Source of the DNA: the human T2T-CHM13v2.0 reference genome, Homo sapiens
Assembly: GCF_009914755.1 (NCBI RefSeq)
Contig: NC_060933.1
Direction: 5' to 3' (one strand)
Length of the DNA stretch: 64,000 nt
A program made the position numbers and the translations under genes. A model generated the notes under the pieces. The model was not told where the DNA came from. It did no database searches and saw nothing but the letters and a program-made list of their open reading frames with translations. This document shows positions 1 through 14,312 of this stretch, in pieces (the stretch's first letter is position 1; each line of letters begins with the position of its first letter).

Positions 1-199
1 ACTGAATAGGAAATTCACAAACACCATGCATACATCAGAGGACTGACGCATTAGCACAGAGAGCACTAAGAGACCGAAAGTAAAAGTTGCCAAGAGAATG
101 CCTTGTATAGATGGACTTCATTCTGCTTCCTGAACCAATTATTTCCAAGGGGAAAATGATTACAATGATTCGCTTAAAGTAATCAAGACCACCCCTAGA

Positions 200-1300
<1,101 letters not shown>

Positions 1301-1559
1301 ATAAGTGCTGTGGTTGTGTTTTAATATAGGAATAGACTGGAAGTAAAATCCCATGTTAACCTAGAAGGTGGGGTGAACATGGGAGAGGGAGAATGGCAAT
1401 GAGGGGAAGGGAAAGGAGGCAGAGGCCCTCATCTCCTTTGGGCTGGAGTCCTGCCTACCTTCAGATGTCAGAACTAGTGCCAGAAAAATACTAGTTTAAA
1501 CGTGTGCATTAAAACTTAAGGTCATTTGTAGTGGCAAAAATACACATGAATGGTAAAGT

Positions 1560-1965
1560 GAAATATACACTATCAAGTGTGGTTGAGGATGTGGAGTAAT
1601 AGGAACTCTCATTCACTGCTAGCACGGGTATAAATTTGGGTAAACACTTTGGAAACCATTTTCCGAATGTTTGGCATTTTCTTCCAAAGCTGAACATGTG
1701 CATGTCCTATGACCCAGCAGCTCCACTCCAAGAGAAATTAACCCGTATGTCCACCAAAACAAATGTATAAAAATATTCATAGCAGCATTATTCATAATAG
1801 CCTCAAACTGGAAAAGAAGCAAATATCCATCAACAGCGTAATGAATGAACAAATTGTGATATGTTCATGAAATATAATATCGCATAGAAATGAGAATAGA
1901 AGAGCCTCAACTGCATGCAACAGCCTTTCTGTAACTGGCAAAATAAAAAAAAAATTAAAAAAAAA
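1560..1965 (+). mobile_element. Old L1M 3' fragment
   Basis: gaggatgtggag...ggaactctcattcactgct...atgacccagcag...ttcatagcagcattattcataatag are typical L1M 3' motifs. Confidence 0.65.
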
Positions 1966-4511
1966 AAGCCCTTCAACCCTCACCATTCATTCAGTAAATG
2001 TTGACCAAGCCTCACTCTGTGCCACACTCATCTTGGTGCTGGGTAGGGCACCAGTGAACAAAATTAGTGAGGTTCTACATTCACTGATAATTCACTTTGC
2101 TCAGGAAAGTAGGTAATAAACATGAATAAATAACCAGCCTGGCTTCACCCACCTTCTGCCCTTCTTGTGCCAACTCCCCACCCATCCTCCTGCCAAACTG
2201 AATTTTCAGCAACATTGTGCCCCTTCCATTTCTGCATATGCGATTCCTCCTTCCTGGAATCCCTTTTTTCCTTCCCTCCCTCCCTCTCCGCTTCCCCTTC
2301 TCCACTTCTCAGATCTCTTCAATCCTTAATGATCTGTATCAAATATCATGTGGCCAAGAAAGCCCTCCTCACTCCTCGAGTAAAAACCTTTCTGATCTTG
2401 AAATAGAACGCTCTGTGTCCTGTTAACATTGACTTCTTTGCCAGTTTGCACGATGCCTTTTTCCCCTTTTATTACACCAAAAAGGTAGGCACCGAGAATA
2501 TAAGGAAATCATGCTGCTGAAACTCAAAACAAAGGAAATCTAAAGCTTTAAGGCTCTCTGGTGTTGACATTCCCTTCCTCCCTGATGATAGCCTGACACC
2601 CCAGCTCACCTCCGAAATGTTGAGTCGGTGTCAGCCTTGCCCCATCACCCAGACACCCAGCACAGGCTCCAGAACCCAGGTGTATATTTTGTCACTCACA
2701 TGGGCAGGCTGTGCCTTCGCTCCTCTGCCTATGACTAAGGCCTCACATGTAATGGGTACAAAATAAATGTTGTTGAATGTATTCACTAAGGGCTAATGAA
2801 GTTAAAGACGCTCTTGATAAACCCCTAGTGAGTAGGACTGGAAAGCTGATAGTACTTCATTTGATAATGCAGGAATCTCATGAATCATAATTTCTTCATT
2901 AACTTTTTATTTCACTTATTAGCACCAATTTGTATTGGTTTGCAATTTGTAATGAACTTGAACATTGTCTGATTGCGTTTCTGTGAAATCAGTCTGGAAT
3001 TTCGATATTTCGCGATTAAATAGGCCTTCCCCTCAGCTATATGAATTCAGGTGGATGTTTGAGAACTTGGACATTGTAGTTCAAGAACAATGAGGGTTAA
3101 AAAAATGGAATCTGATCTTAGCAAAGAAAGAAAGGAGTAAAAAGTGCATTCTATTTATAACCTCCTGTGACTCTGTAATTATTTCAAAAGACATTGTTGA
3201 AAAAACTGCACAGATTTTGGGGGAGAAAAGAAGACTATATAGCACCATTGCTATAAATTTCAACTTTTTCTCTCAGTTTACCTGGGTACCCATTGTTTCC
3301 TGTCTAGAGCAATACGCTGAAAAGGATACAGGTAACTTTCAACTGGGGCTCAGATGTATTTCCTAATAGATCAATAAGTTGACATTTTCCAAACTGAATC
3401 ACAGGTTATATAAGATGAATGGATATTCTATAAGTTAATGACCTAATCTCTAAGTGTAAATATTACCTGGTAGTACACTTTTAAGCTGAATTTACCACAA
3501 TTACACCATTCAACATTGATTAACTGTTTCTATGTGCCAAGCACTCACATAGAAGAAGAAAAAGTCACTGACTCCAAATTTCACTCTATCTTTTGTTCTT
3601 TAAAAAGCCTGAGACTACAGATTTATGAAAGGCATACGTCACTTTCCCTGGGCTGGCATATGACAAAGCCCTATAAAACTTGCATGTATTTCTGCGTTCT
3701 GCTTTTTAGTAAGAAAAGAATAGAAGTTGGAGTCATACAGCCCTCAGTTAAAGGCCCACTTCATGGAATGTTATGTGTGAACATTCAGCAAATTACTTGA
3801 GCTTGTGGAGTCTCTGTTTACTCGCCTGAAGAATGGAATATGGTGAGAATTACATGAGAGGGCATGGATTTTGGACAAGTGGCATCGCTGTGTGCATAAT
3901 CAAAGCAAGTTAGACATGCTGCATTCTAAACAATGACTAGTCTCCACCGCACACTGGTGTGGTAAGGATTTTCAATTCGCTTTTCCTAAAATTTGCACCA
4001 ATTTACACATCCACTCATAGTGCACTAGGGCTCCTTCTCCTCCCTCTGCCAGCTCTGCAGGATGTGACTACAAGGTGGCTTCTTTTCATTTTGTTACTTC
4101 TCTGAATATTATAATTTTTACAATGAACTTCATTGTAAAATAAAGCATTATAAAATGCTTCAGAAATTACATTTTATTTAAATTTTAATGTCCCATCCTT
4201 TTCACTTAATCTAGGGAAATAATCAAAAATGCATGAAGAAGAGGCATGATCAATCTCTCTGCACCCCTCTTCCTAAGACCTTTTCACACTAGGATCCTGT
4301 CGTCTAAAGTCTTTTTTCCTCCCCTCTTCATCTGGATAACTGCTACCTACCTTTAGATCCTAGAACTCTAATGAAGTCAAATTCCCACATACCTCTGGTT
4401 CATTTTATTTAATATAGCTGTACTTTTTACAAGTATTTTATATTGAGGTATAATTCACATGCCATAAATATTCACCTTTTAAGAGTGTACAATTCAGTGA
4501 TTTTGAGTATA

Positions 4512-5050
4512 CAGTAGATCCCCCTTATTTGTAGTTTCACTTTCTGTGGTTTCAGTTCCCCACAATCAACTGGGGTCCAAAAATATTAATGGAAAATTAC
4601 AGAAATAAACAATTAATAAGTCTTCCGTTGCACACTCTTCTGATCAGCATGATGAAGCCCCAGTTGCTCCACCCGCAGTGTGAATCATCCCTTTGCCCAG
4701 CATCTCCAGGCTGCCTATACTACCCATCCCTTAGTCACTTAGTAACAATCCCAGTTATCAGGCTGACTGTCATGGTACTGCAGTGCTGGTGTTCAAGGAA
4801 CCCTTATTTTACTGAATAATGGCCCTAAAGTGCAAGAGTAGTGATGCTGACTTGTCATCATAATTGTTCTGATGTATTATTAGTTATTGTCGTTAATCCC
4901 TTACTGTGAATAATTTATAAATTAAACTTTATCAAAGGTATGTATGTATAGGAAAAATCATAGCACGTATGGGGTTCAGTATTATCCATGATCACAGATA
5001 CCCACTGGGGGTCTTGGAACATTGCCACCAGGGATAAGAGGAGATTATTG
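4512..5050 (+). mobile_element. MER44-type (TcMar-Tigger) DNA transposon
   Basis: Imperfect TIRs cagtagatcccccttat / gataagaggagattattg, flanked by TA at 4510-4511 and 5051-5052. Confidence 0.8.
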
Positions 5051-5796
5051 TATTCACAATGCTGTACAACCATCACCATTTAATTCTATAGTCTTTTTTC
5101 ATAATCCCAAAAAAAAACCCATACCCCTTAACAACCACTCCCCATCCTCTCCCACACTCAGTCCCTGGTAATCACTAATCTACTTTCTGTCTCTATAGGT
5201 TTGCCAAATCTGTACAGTCCATGTAAATGGAATAGTACAATATGTGCCGTTTTGTGTCTGGCTCCTTTGCTTAGCATAATGTTTTCAAGATTCACCATGT
5301 TGTAGCATGGTCAGTACTTCACTCCTTTTTATGGCTGAATACTATTCCGTTGTATGTATATACCACCTTCTGTTCATCTATTCAGCAATTGATGGGCATT
5401 TGGGTTGTTTCTATTTGGGGGCTATTGTAAATAAAGCTGCTATGAACATTTGTGTACAAGTTTTTGTGTAAATATACATTGTCAGTTCTCTTGGGTATAT
5501 ACCTGTGAGTGGAATTGCTGGGTCTTATGGTAATTCTGTATTTAACTTGAGGAGCTGCCAAAATGTTTTCCAAAGCAGCTGTACTATATTATGTTCCCAC
5601 CAGCTGTGTATTTTAAGCTGGGTTTTGATTTCTCAATTCCACCAATAATTGTTATTGTCCATTTTTTTAATTATAGCTTTTTTTGTTATACCCTAAAGGG
5701 TATAAAGTGGCATTTCATTATGGTTTTGATTCACATTTCCCTAATGAGTAAAGATGTTGAGCATCTTTTCATGTGATTATTGGCCATCTGCATGTC

Positions 5797-6015
5797 TTTT
5801 TTTTTTTTTCTTTTTTGATACATGGTCTTATTCTGTTTCCCAGGCTGGAGTGCAGTGCTGTGGTCACTGCTCACTGCAGCCTCAACCTCTTGGGACCAAG
5901 TAATCCTCCCACCTCAGCCTCCTGAGTATCTGGGACTACAGGCATGTGACACGGTGCCTGGCTATTTTTTAAAATGTTTTGTAGACATGAGGTCTCACTA
6001 TGTTGCCCAGGCTGG
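5797..6015 (-). mobile_element. AluJ, 5'-truncated
   Basis: Poly-T then reverse Alu right arm; imperfect TSD tgcatgtctttt / tgtatgtctttt. Confidence 0.88.
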
Positions 6016-6051
6016 TGTATGTCTTTTCTGAAGAAATGTCTATTCAAATCC

Positions 6052-6388
6052 TCATAAGGTCTGAATGTTAGTGTCCCCCCAAAATTCATACATTGAGACC
6101 TGCTGCTGAATGTGATAATATAAAGAGGTTGGGCCTTTTGGTAACTGATAAAGTCATGAGGGCTCTGTCCTCATTAATGGGATTAGTGGCCTCATAAAAG
6201 AGGTTGAAGGGAGCACTTGTCCCTTCTGCCATGTGTGAATGACATGAGAAGGAGCCATTCATGAAGCAGAAAGCCCTCATTAGACATTGAATTTGCTGGT
6301 GTTTTGATCTTGGACTTCAGGCCTCTGTTGTTTGTAAATTACCCAGTTTAAGGTATTTTTGTTATAGCAGCAGGAACAGACTAAGACA
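6052..6388 (+). mobile_element. MaLR LTR (MLT1A/MSTD-like)
   Basis: ctgaatgttagtgtccccccaaaattcata start and ttgttatagcagc...actaagaca end. Confidence 0.75.
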
Positions 6389-6715
6389 AATTTGGGGCTG
6401 TTTTTAAATTCTGTTATTTTTCTTTTTATTGTTGAGTTGTAAGTATTCTTTACATATTCCAGGATAGAATATTATGCAGCTATTAAAAATTATGTCTGCC
6501 AATAATATTTAACAATTTGGGGAATCATTGAGCCTGATCTCACATTTGCATAAATAAAAATAAGGGCTAAAATAATTCATGGACATTTTAAGACATCATC
6601 ATGGAGGATTATGATTATAGGTGATTTTAATTTTCTTCTTTATGTTTTTCTTTATGTCCTTCTTTTTCTGCAATTAGCATGTATTGCCCTAATAAAAGAA
6701 AGCTAAATATTATTA

Positions 6716-6759
6716 ACTAAAAGTATTCAGATTCAGTACTAAAAGTATTCAGATTCAGT
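6716..6759. repeat. Perfect 22-bp tandem duplication
   Basis: actaaaagtattcagattcagt x2 (6716-6737, 6738-6759). Confidence 0.95.
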
Positions 6760-8195
6760 AAGGTTGTGCCCAGACTTCTGGATTTGCAATAATGTTTGAT
6801 GATTCTCTTTCTAGGATTATATTGTTAGCGGAGCCAGCCCCTAGTGATTTGAGTAGCTTCAGATTATGTCAGGGGAAGTGGCCATATGTTACATATTGCT
6901 CTCTGGAAAATTAGAGTTAAAGATATGGGATGTAAACTAACACTGCAATCAAGCTCCTAAGTCTTAACTCTGACTTAGTGAATTGTCACTTGTTAAAAAC
7001 GGGAGAATCCACAGTCCTGTGAATTGGGCATCTCTTTAAGCCGAATCCTATGGGTTGTTCTTCCTCTCCCAGTGGTGGCCAGTTGGCCTGGGCATAGATC
7101 AATTACCATGCACTGTAAAAAATAGAGGTCAAATGAAATCAATTTACAGGACCATTTGAAATTCAAGCAAAATTCTGCTCCAGAATATTTACGTTTTCAA
7201 AATCCTTCAGAATTGCTCAAGTTAGTTGTGGCTTGGCAGTCTTAGTGGGTCCACCATAGACATCCTCAATATCTATGTCCAACTGTCTTAGCAAGTCCAC
7301 CACACATGTTCTAGATGCCTGTGTGCAATCGCACCTTCTCACAATTCTTTAAAGTCAACCACTGCCCACTCTCCAGCTTATATAACATGGCACATCCGTC
7401 TGATATTGGCATTGGAATAATGTGAAGTTCCAAAATGACTTGATTCAGTAATGTTAAAATTAAGATGATTTATTACAAGCATTTATATGTATTTGAGCAA
7501 AGGGAAACTCTACTTTTCATAAATTAATTTGTCTAATGTACTTTATACAGGATTCTGCACCATCAAAGTTATATATTTATGAACTCTCTTCTAAATAATA
7601 CCTTGAATTGATTTAAAAGATACAATCCATACTTAGAAAAAATGGGCTATACTTAATAGTGCTAATTTGACCAAATATTATTAGTATTGTTTAATTTAAA
7701 AGATAATTGCCGTAAACTAATCAATGGTGACAGAAGTCAGAAGAGTGGATACCCCTGGGAGGTATCAAATACAAAAGAACTCAGGGGGTGGGACTGGAAA
7801 TTTGCTTTAGATCTTAGTCTGTTGATGTTTGCACTGGTGTGATGTGTGTATAAATATGTGCTCGTTGAGCTGATTATTTAAGGTTTTGTGGTTTACTATG
7901 TATGTTGTGCTCAGTAAAAAAGAATTAAAAAATCATTTATTTTAAGGGGTCCTTGAAATTATTTTCTTTCTAACACTCACCTTTTCCTAGTAAATAATGT
8001 ATGTTCATTGCAGAAAATTTTGGAAAATACAAACAAGCATCAAAAAGTTAAAATCATTCATAGGCAATCCCCCCAGAATAACTTGGTATTATGAGAATGT
8101 TGTCTGATGCCCTACTTATAAGGCAGCGGCCGCTGGGAGCTTTTTATGAACATCGCCTACTTCAGCACTAACACCACAAACATCACCTACCCCAA

Positions 8196-8253
8196 CATCC
8201 ATGCTGCTCTCACTCACAGCGTTTCATCCACGCTGCTCTCACTCAGAGCATTT
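8196..8253. repeat. Imperfect 29-bp tandem duplication
   Basis: catccatgctgctctcactcacagcgttt / catccacgctgctctcactcagagcattt. Confidence 0.9.
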
Positions 8254-8845
8254 CAAAACTCCTCCCTGGTTATCACTTTGTCCTTTGCCTTTTGTGATTG
8301 GCTCATGCTGTTACTGCTGTGGCCCCAAAAGTGATTTCCCAAAGCTGTAAAGCTGAGAACCCTCATTTGGGCCAGGGAGGCCCCTCAGTCACTCCAGCTT
8401 TCACCCCAGCAAGTCTCAACCTCCTGTCCACCTCAAGGGTGGCAAGAACGGTGCCACGACATCACCTTCAGCAGAACAAATTTCACTTGAGCTAAAAGGC
8501 TGAGCTGACACACGGCTGGAGTCACTATCATGTGATATCACAGTACTCTCTCTTGAATAAAGGAAATATGACTAAAGGCGAGGTTGGCCCTGACTCATGG
8601 GGCTTTGGAGAAGTGAGCTCTGGGTTTAACAGTAGGACTGGGGATGGCTCAGACTGCGGACCTTCAGTGAGCCTCTGCCACCTGCCAGGCACTCCGCAGA
8701 GCCTTTCACAGACATTCCCTTCGTTCCTCCTGACGACCTTATAAACAGAGTGCTGCCGTTACACCCATTTTACAGATAAAGAACTTGAGGTGCAGGTGCA
8801 CCTCCATATGACAGGCATCATCCAAGAGAAGTGGAGGGCTTAAAC

Positions 8846-9097
8846 AAGCTAGTCCAACCCTTGGCCATGGGCTATATGTGGCCCAGGATGGCTTGGAATA
8901 GTGGTTACCCCTGGGAGGTTACTAACTGGTTGGAAGCCGTTCTGTTTCTTAAAACATTATGAGATTTTTTTGTGTGTGATTTTTCTTTTTTTTTTTAGCT
9001 CATCAGCTATCATTAGTGTTAATGTATTTTATGTGTGGTCCAAGACAATTTTTCTTCTTCCAATGTGGCCCAGGGAAGCCAAAACACTGGACACCCC
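8846..9097 (-). mobile_element. MER30 (hAT-Charlie) element
   Basis: agctcatcagctatcattagtgtt...gtggcccagggaagccaaaa...ggacaccc matches reverse MER30. Confidence 0.8.
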
Positions 9098-10789
9098 GAT
9101 TTAGAGTTAAGTAAAGTTGTCCATGTGTCCACAGAGTCCCAGTACCCGCTGTTAAGGGTGAAGCCAACTCTGAGCCGGAATGCATGTCAGTGCAGCCCAG
9201 CACACAGGCCCTGTGAGGAGGGGATGCCCCACGGTGTTTTGGGCATGGAAAGAGGGTTGGGTGTGAAAAGTGGTGCCCACCCACTTTCAGTTTTCCAACC
9301 TCCTTTTCCAGGCTTTTCTCAGTTTCCATACATTACATCAGGCAAGAAATTAGCTATTCCCCTAATCATGTATCTGTTTCCTCAGCTACTAAGACAACTC
9401 TCATTTAAATCTCTCCTCTCACAGAGAAAATTATATTAATATAAATGCCATATAGGTGTTCATCAAAAGACCTAGAACGCCTTTGTAAATGTGAGCTGGT
9501 GGCGTGTGTCATCAATCTTACGTACGACAAGGAAGCTGAGTCAGAGAGAGGAAGTATGACTGGGGTTTGGTTAAAAGTAAACCACTGTGCTTGATTTCAT
9601 CTGAAAATCACAGCAATGCAATAGACCACATCTGCTATCCAAAGTCAAAGGAAAAGAGCAAAGGAATGTTCCAAAAATACATATTGGTATTATGGCTAAA
9701 GCCACGTTCTAGCTAGTGGGTGAGGCAGATAAAACTAAGCAGCCATCTTCATTCCAGTGTACTTCCACTTCTATTCTCATTTTCACTCTGCCACTAAGCT
9801 GGCTGCTCAGTCTTAGAAAATTCGTTATCTACCCTTGAGCATTGCTTTTCTTCACGACACCCCACAAAAAAGACTGCTGGTCAGGATGACCCTGTGTGGC
9901 CTGCTGACCCCCTCTCTGTGCAGCTGAAGCCGGTGCCACCAGCCAGGTTCTCAGTGCTGTTTCTGGTTCGACGGAGCCAGCCTTCTCTCAGCCTTGGGCC
10001 CCAGACTCAATACAAGCCTCCATTTCACTGGACTGGACCATTTCTGAATGCTTGGCTTGCATTCTACCCGATGCCACACGCCCTTAATTCCCGGAGCCGG
10101 CTTCTCTCTCCTTGCTCTTACGGAACAACCACTCAGCCATCTCCAGTCTGGTGTGAATGACCAAGAAGAAGTTCAGTTGTCTCTGAAGCCTGGGCAAGAA
10201 TGATGGTCTTGGGGGTCTCAGCTCCCTAGTCCATTGCTTCTCCATCCTTACAGGATGTGCGAGTGTCACCCAGACCTCACAGGACTGCTTCCAGCTCCAT
10301 TCCATATGGAATGTCAGTAAGGTCCTGCTACCACCAGCCAATATGCTAGACTTGTTCTGGAGTGCCACTGAGCCCAAAAAGCCACCCTAAGTAGCCCATT
10401 GGAGAAGAAATACCAGCTGCCGACTCTGGCCTCAGCTCAGCCCCTGAACATGGAGTTGGCAAATCGTCATCTACCTGTTTCTCCACCTGGTCACATTCAC
10501 AAGGACTTTCCTTGCCTTGGGTTTTTCCCTCCTAAATCCCTGATTGTCAACCCAGCTCTGGTTAACTGACTTGGCACCTGAGGGTTCATCTGTTAAAACT
10601 GTCTCTAACACAAGAAATTCATGCCACCCCATCTACCTCTTTGCAGAAGAAAATTGTCCCTATTAAGCTTTTAAATTCCATCTTTTATCATCAATGGGAC
10701 TGATTCTTACTGTCAACCAGGGTATTTTTGTGGTTTCTTCCAGCCTAAAACCCATGAATCTATACCCATAGCAAAAATATTTATGTTTC

Positions 10790-11170
10790 TGAGGCCTCCT
10801 GGCATTTGTGCCCTTATAGAGTGCCCTCCCCCATTGAATGGGGCTGACCCATGTGACCAATAAAATACTGTGAAGGTGACAGTGTGTGCTTCCCAAGGCT
10901 AGGTCATAAAATCTATTACTGCCTTGATTGCTGCATACTCTGGGGGAAGCCATCCACAATGTCATATGGACACTCAAGAATCCCTATGGGAAAAATATGG
11001 AGCGGGCCATGTGGAAAGGAACTGAGCCCTCCTGCATATAGCCAGATACCACCTGCCAGTCATAGGAGTTCACCATCCTGAAGTGGACCCTCCAGCCCCA
11101 GTCAAACCTTCGGACGATTACAGTCCCAGTTGACATCTAATAACTTCAGGGAAGACCCTGAACTGAAACT
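10790..11170 (+). mobile_element. MaLR LTR fragment (MLT1E/F-like)
   Basis: aaggctaggtcataaaa, ccatgtggaaaggaactgag and ccagccccagtcaaaccttc motifs. Confidence 0.6.
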
Positions 11171-11209
11171 GAACTGAAACATCATAGATATGATTAAGTT
11201 AAGGATCCT

Positions 11210-11988
11210 TAAAACAGAGCAGGAACCCCTCTTAGGAGCCTGTGGGCCCCCAAAGACATAATTTTTTTAATCTTCGGTGCATTCAAAAAACTTCCAGTCA
11301 CTTAACTAGTCCTAAAAAAGTAAATAAAAACTTAATAAACCACAACAACAAAAAAAAACTTAATAGCCAAACAAACTAAAGTCACAAGATGTTTGGTTCC
11401 CTGTAAAAACCAAAGACAACATCTTAAAATATGTCCCTGAGTTGTTTTCCAGAAACCTAGACCCCACCAAATGGAGCCACTGGCACACAGATCTCAGGTA
11501 AGGAGAGGCTGAGGACTCAACTCTGATTGCTATTCTTTGTTCTAAATTTCTTCCTGAGGGGCCTGGAGAAGGTCATGCCTATGAACCAGAGCTCACCTTC
11601 TTTTCTGCCGATCACACATTCTTAGACAAAGCTTTGACTCCTTAATCAATCACAAATCAGAAAATCCTGGAATCCACCTATGACCTGTGGGCCTCTGCTT
11701 GGAGATGTCCTGTCTTTTTAAGTCAAACCAATGTATAGCCTCCCTGTGTTGATTTATGACCTTGCCTATAACTTATGCCTCCCTGCCTCCATAAACCCTT
11801 ACGTTTAAGCCATCTGGGAGGTCGGGTGTCAAGCGTAAGCAACCCAATTCTCCTTACTTGGCACCCTACAAGTAAGGGTTACACTTAAATACCCTCCCGC
11901 TAACACCCTCCTTTCTCCCACTACAAACCTCAATAAATATTTGGCCCTACTGCACTGGGTGAGTGGACCCCAGTTCAGTTCAGTAACA
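11210..11988 (+). mobile_element. ERV1 solo LTR (MER39-like) inserted in an MLT1C/D LTR
   Basis: 4-bp TSD TCCT (11206-11209 / 11989-11992), 3' end ...taaCA, AATAAA at ~11932; host rejoins as gttaaggatcct|gagatag. Confidence 0.75.
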
Positions 11989-12356
11989 TCCTGAGATAGA
12001 AAGATCATTCTGGATTATCGGGTGGCCCATACATATAACCACAGGGTCGTTATAAGAGATAAGCAAAGGAAAATCTGACCACAGGTGAGAAAAAGACAAA
12101 GTGATAATGGAAGCAGAGATTAATGTGGCCACAGGCCAAAGCGTTCTCACAGCTAGAAGCCTTAGAAGCTTCCAGAGACAAGATGCAGACTCTCCCCGGA
12201 AGCCTCCAGAACAAATGAGCCCTGCAGATACCCTGACTGTGGTCCTGTAAGTCTCAGGGCAGACTTCCGACCTCCAGAATTGTAAGATAAATTTCTGTTG
12301 TTTTAAGTCACTAAATTTGTGGTCATTTGTTAGATTGGCAACAAGAAACTAATATA
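11989..12356 (+). mobile_element. MLT1C/D LTR (3' part; 5' stub at ~11180-11209)
   Basis: ctggattatc...gaagcctccaga...gacctccagaattgtaagataaatttctgttgttttaag...aactaata. Confidence 0.75.
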
Positions 12357-12404
12357 TTGCCAAAATGTTTTTTTAATTTTTGTCAATCTTCCTAAGTTTA
12401 ACAA

Positions 12405-12706
12405 TTTTTTTTTTATTCAGGATCTCTCTCTGTTGCCCAGGATAGAGTGCAGTGGTGCAATCATAGCTCACTGCAACCCCCAACTCCCAAGTTCAAGTGC
12501 TCCTCCTGCCTCAGCCTCCTGAGTACCTGGGACTACAGGCATCCTGCCACCACGCCAGGCTAATTTAAAAAAAATTTTTTTTGCAGAAATAGGATCTGGC
12601 TATGTTGCCCAGGCTGGCTTCAAACTCTGAGCCTCAAGTGACCCTCCCACCTTCGCCTACCAAAGTGCATAGGATATGTATAGGTGTGAGCCACCATGCC
12701 CAGGCT
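12405..12706 (-). mobile_element. AluJ
   Basis: Full-length reverse Alu dimer with J-type divergence. Confidence 0.9.
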
Positions 12707-12709
12707 GGT

Positions 12710-13450
12710 GTATCAATTTTATCAATTTTTTTCAAAAAATCTGATTGTGCGTTCATTGATTTTTTCAATTGATTTCCTATATTTAATTTTATTGATTTCT
12801 GCTTTTATCTTTGTTATTGCCTTCCTTCTGCTTGCTTTAACCCTTTTTTTTAGTTTCTTGAGGTAGACAGCTGGATTACTGATTGAAGAACTTTTCTGTT
12901 TTCTAAGGTAAGCATTTGGTGCTATAAATTTTCCTCTTTGCACTGTTGCTATGTCCCATATATTTTGACATGTTGTGGCTTCATTTTCATTCAATTCTAT
13001 GTATTTTTTGTATTTCCTTTGAAGCTTCTCCTTTGTCTCATTAAGTATTTGCAGCCATGTTGTTTAATTTCAAAGTTTGGAGATTTTCTTATTGTTTTTC
13101 TATTATCAATTATTAATTTAGTTCCATTTTAAATTGAATTTCATTGTGATCAGAGACCATGCTCTGTATGACTTTAATTCTTTTAAATTTGGTTAGATTT
13201 GTTTTATGACCTAAAACATGGTATATCTTGGTGAATGTTTCATGAACACTTGAAAAGAATGTTTACTCTGCTGTGATTTTGTGGAAGGCTCTATGTATGT
13301 CCGTTAGATCCTGTTGGTTGATTATTTTGTTCAGCTTTTGTCCATCCTTGCGATTTTCTGTCTAGTAGTTCCATCAATGGCTAGTGGTATCAATTACTAG
13401 ATTATTCTGTCTAGCGGGCTGTTGAAGTCTCCAACTATAATTGTGGATAT
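12710..13450 (-). mobile_element. Old L1M ORF2 fragment
   Basis: Reverse translation NENEATTCQNIWD...RGKFIAPNAYLRK resembles L1 ORF2 downstream of the endonuclease domain. Confidence 0.75.
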
Positions 13451-14312
13451 ATACATGCTTTCTTGTGATTGCTTCTGTTACAAGGATGGGTTCATACACA
13501 TGCTTTGTTTCACCACGCTGTTTTCACTCAACAATTCCTTGTAAAAATCTTTTCAAATCAACTGTAATAGGACTCTAGTTCACTTTTAGAAATGGCTACA
13601 TAGTACTATTCCATAGTGTAAATGTACCAGAATTTACCCTACCACTCTGTAGTGTGACATTTGCTTTGTTGGGTGGGCAAAATAATCCTCAGTGAAAATT
13701 CCACCGGCTTTCTCAATTACAAGCCTGAATTTTGATGACAGAGGCTGATAGTTGGAAACTCATAGTAGTCAAGTGGACCATAGCATATAGTAGGGGGTAG
13801 AAGTGTGCAGGGTAGACATGAGTCTGTATTAGGCCTTTTGAGAAAAGAATGTGTGACTTTGAAAACCATCAATAATTCTGCTTGTAGGTCATAATAAGCC
13901 ATAAAGAAAGCTCTACCATCTTTTCTTTAAAAAAGAGTAGTGATATCTTAGACAAAGATTAAATTATCTCTTAGTCATGTAGGCACATGAACTAAAGACC
14001 AAATTATTCTTAGGATAGGACAAAACTCTACAGATAGAATATAGGCCAAATGTGGCCAACACAGTAACTCAACCTCATTCCTTACTATGAGCAGGGTGTC
14101 TTAAATTTAATTTACAAACCAGAATGTAAACAATAAGAGAATCTAGATACAGTGGGATCACAACTGTTGAGGAAGTGAGAAATGTTTGGCTTGGAGAAGA
14201 GAAGGCTAAGGAAAAACACCTCTTTAGCTACTTCAAGGACTGTCATCTGGTAAGGAAGGAGCTCCGTTCTGCCGGGCTTGAGAGGGCAAATGTCACCCAG
14301 ATGAAGGGAGGT

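Larger units (their letters stand above)
4425..6470 (-). mobile_element. L1MB-like 3' region hosting three younger insertions (MER44, AluJ, MaLR LTR)
   Basis: Reverse L1 3'UTR/ORF2-end motifs; sequence rejoins across the insertions (gagtata|ttcacaatgctgtacaaccatcacc). Confidence 0.75.

Noticed and set aside
8110-8310. Internal promoter (TTATAA at ~8116, NotI site, CCAAT at ~8297)
   Set aside because: Motif spacing atypical and no CpG island; compatible with chance.
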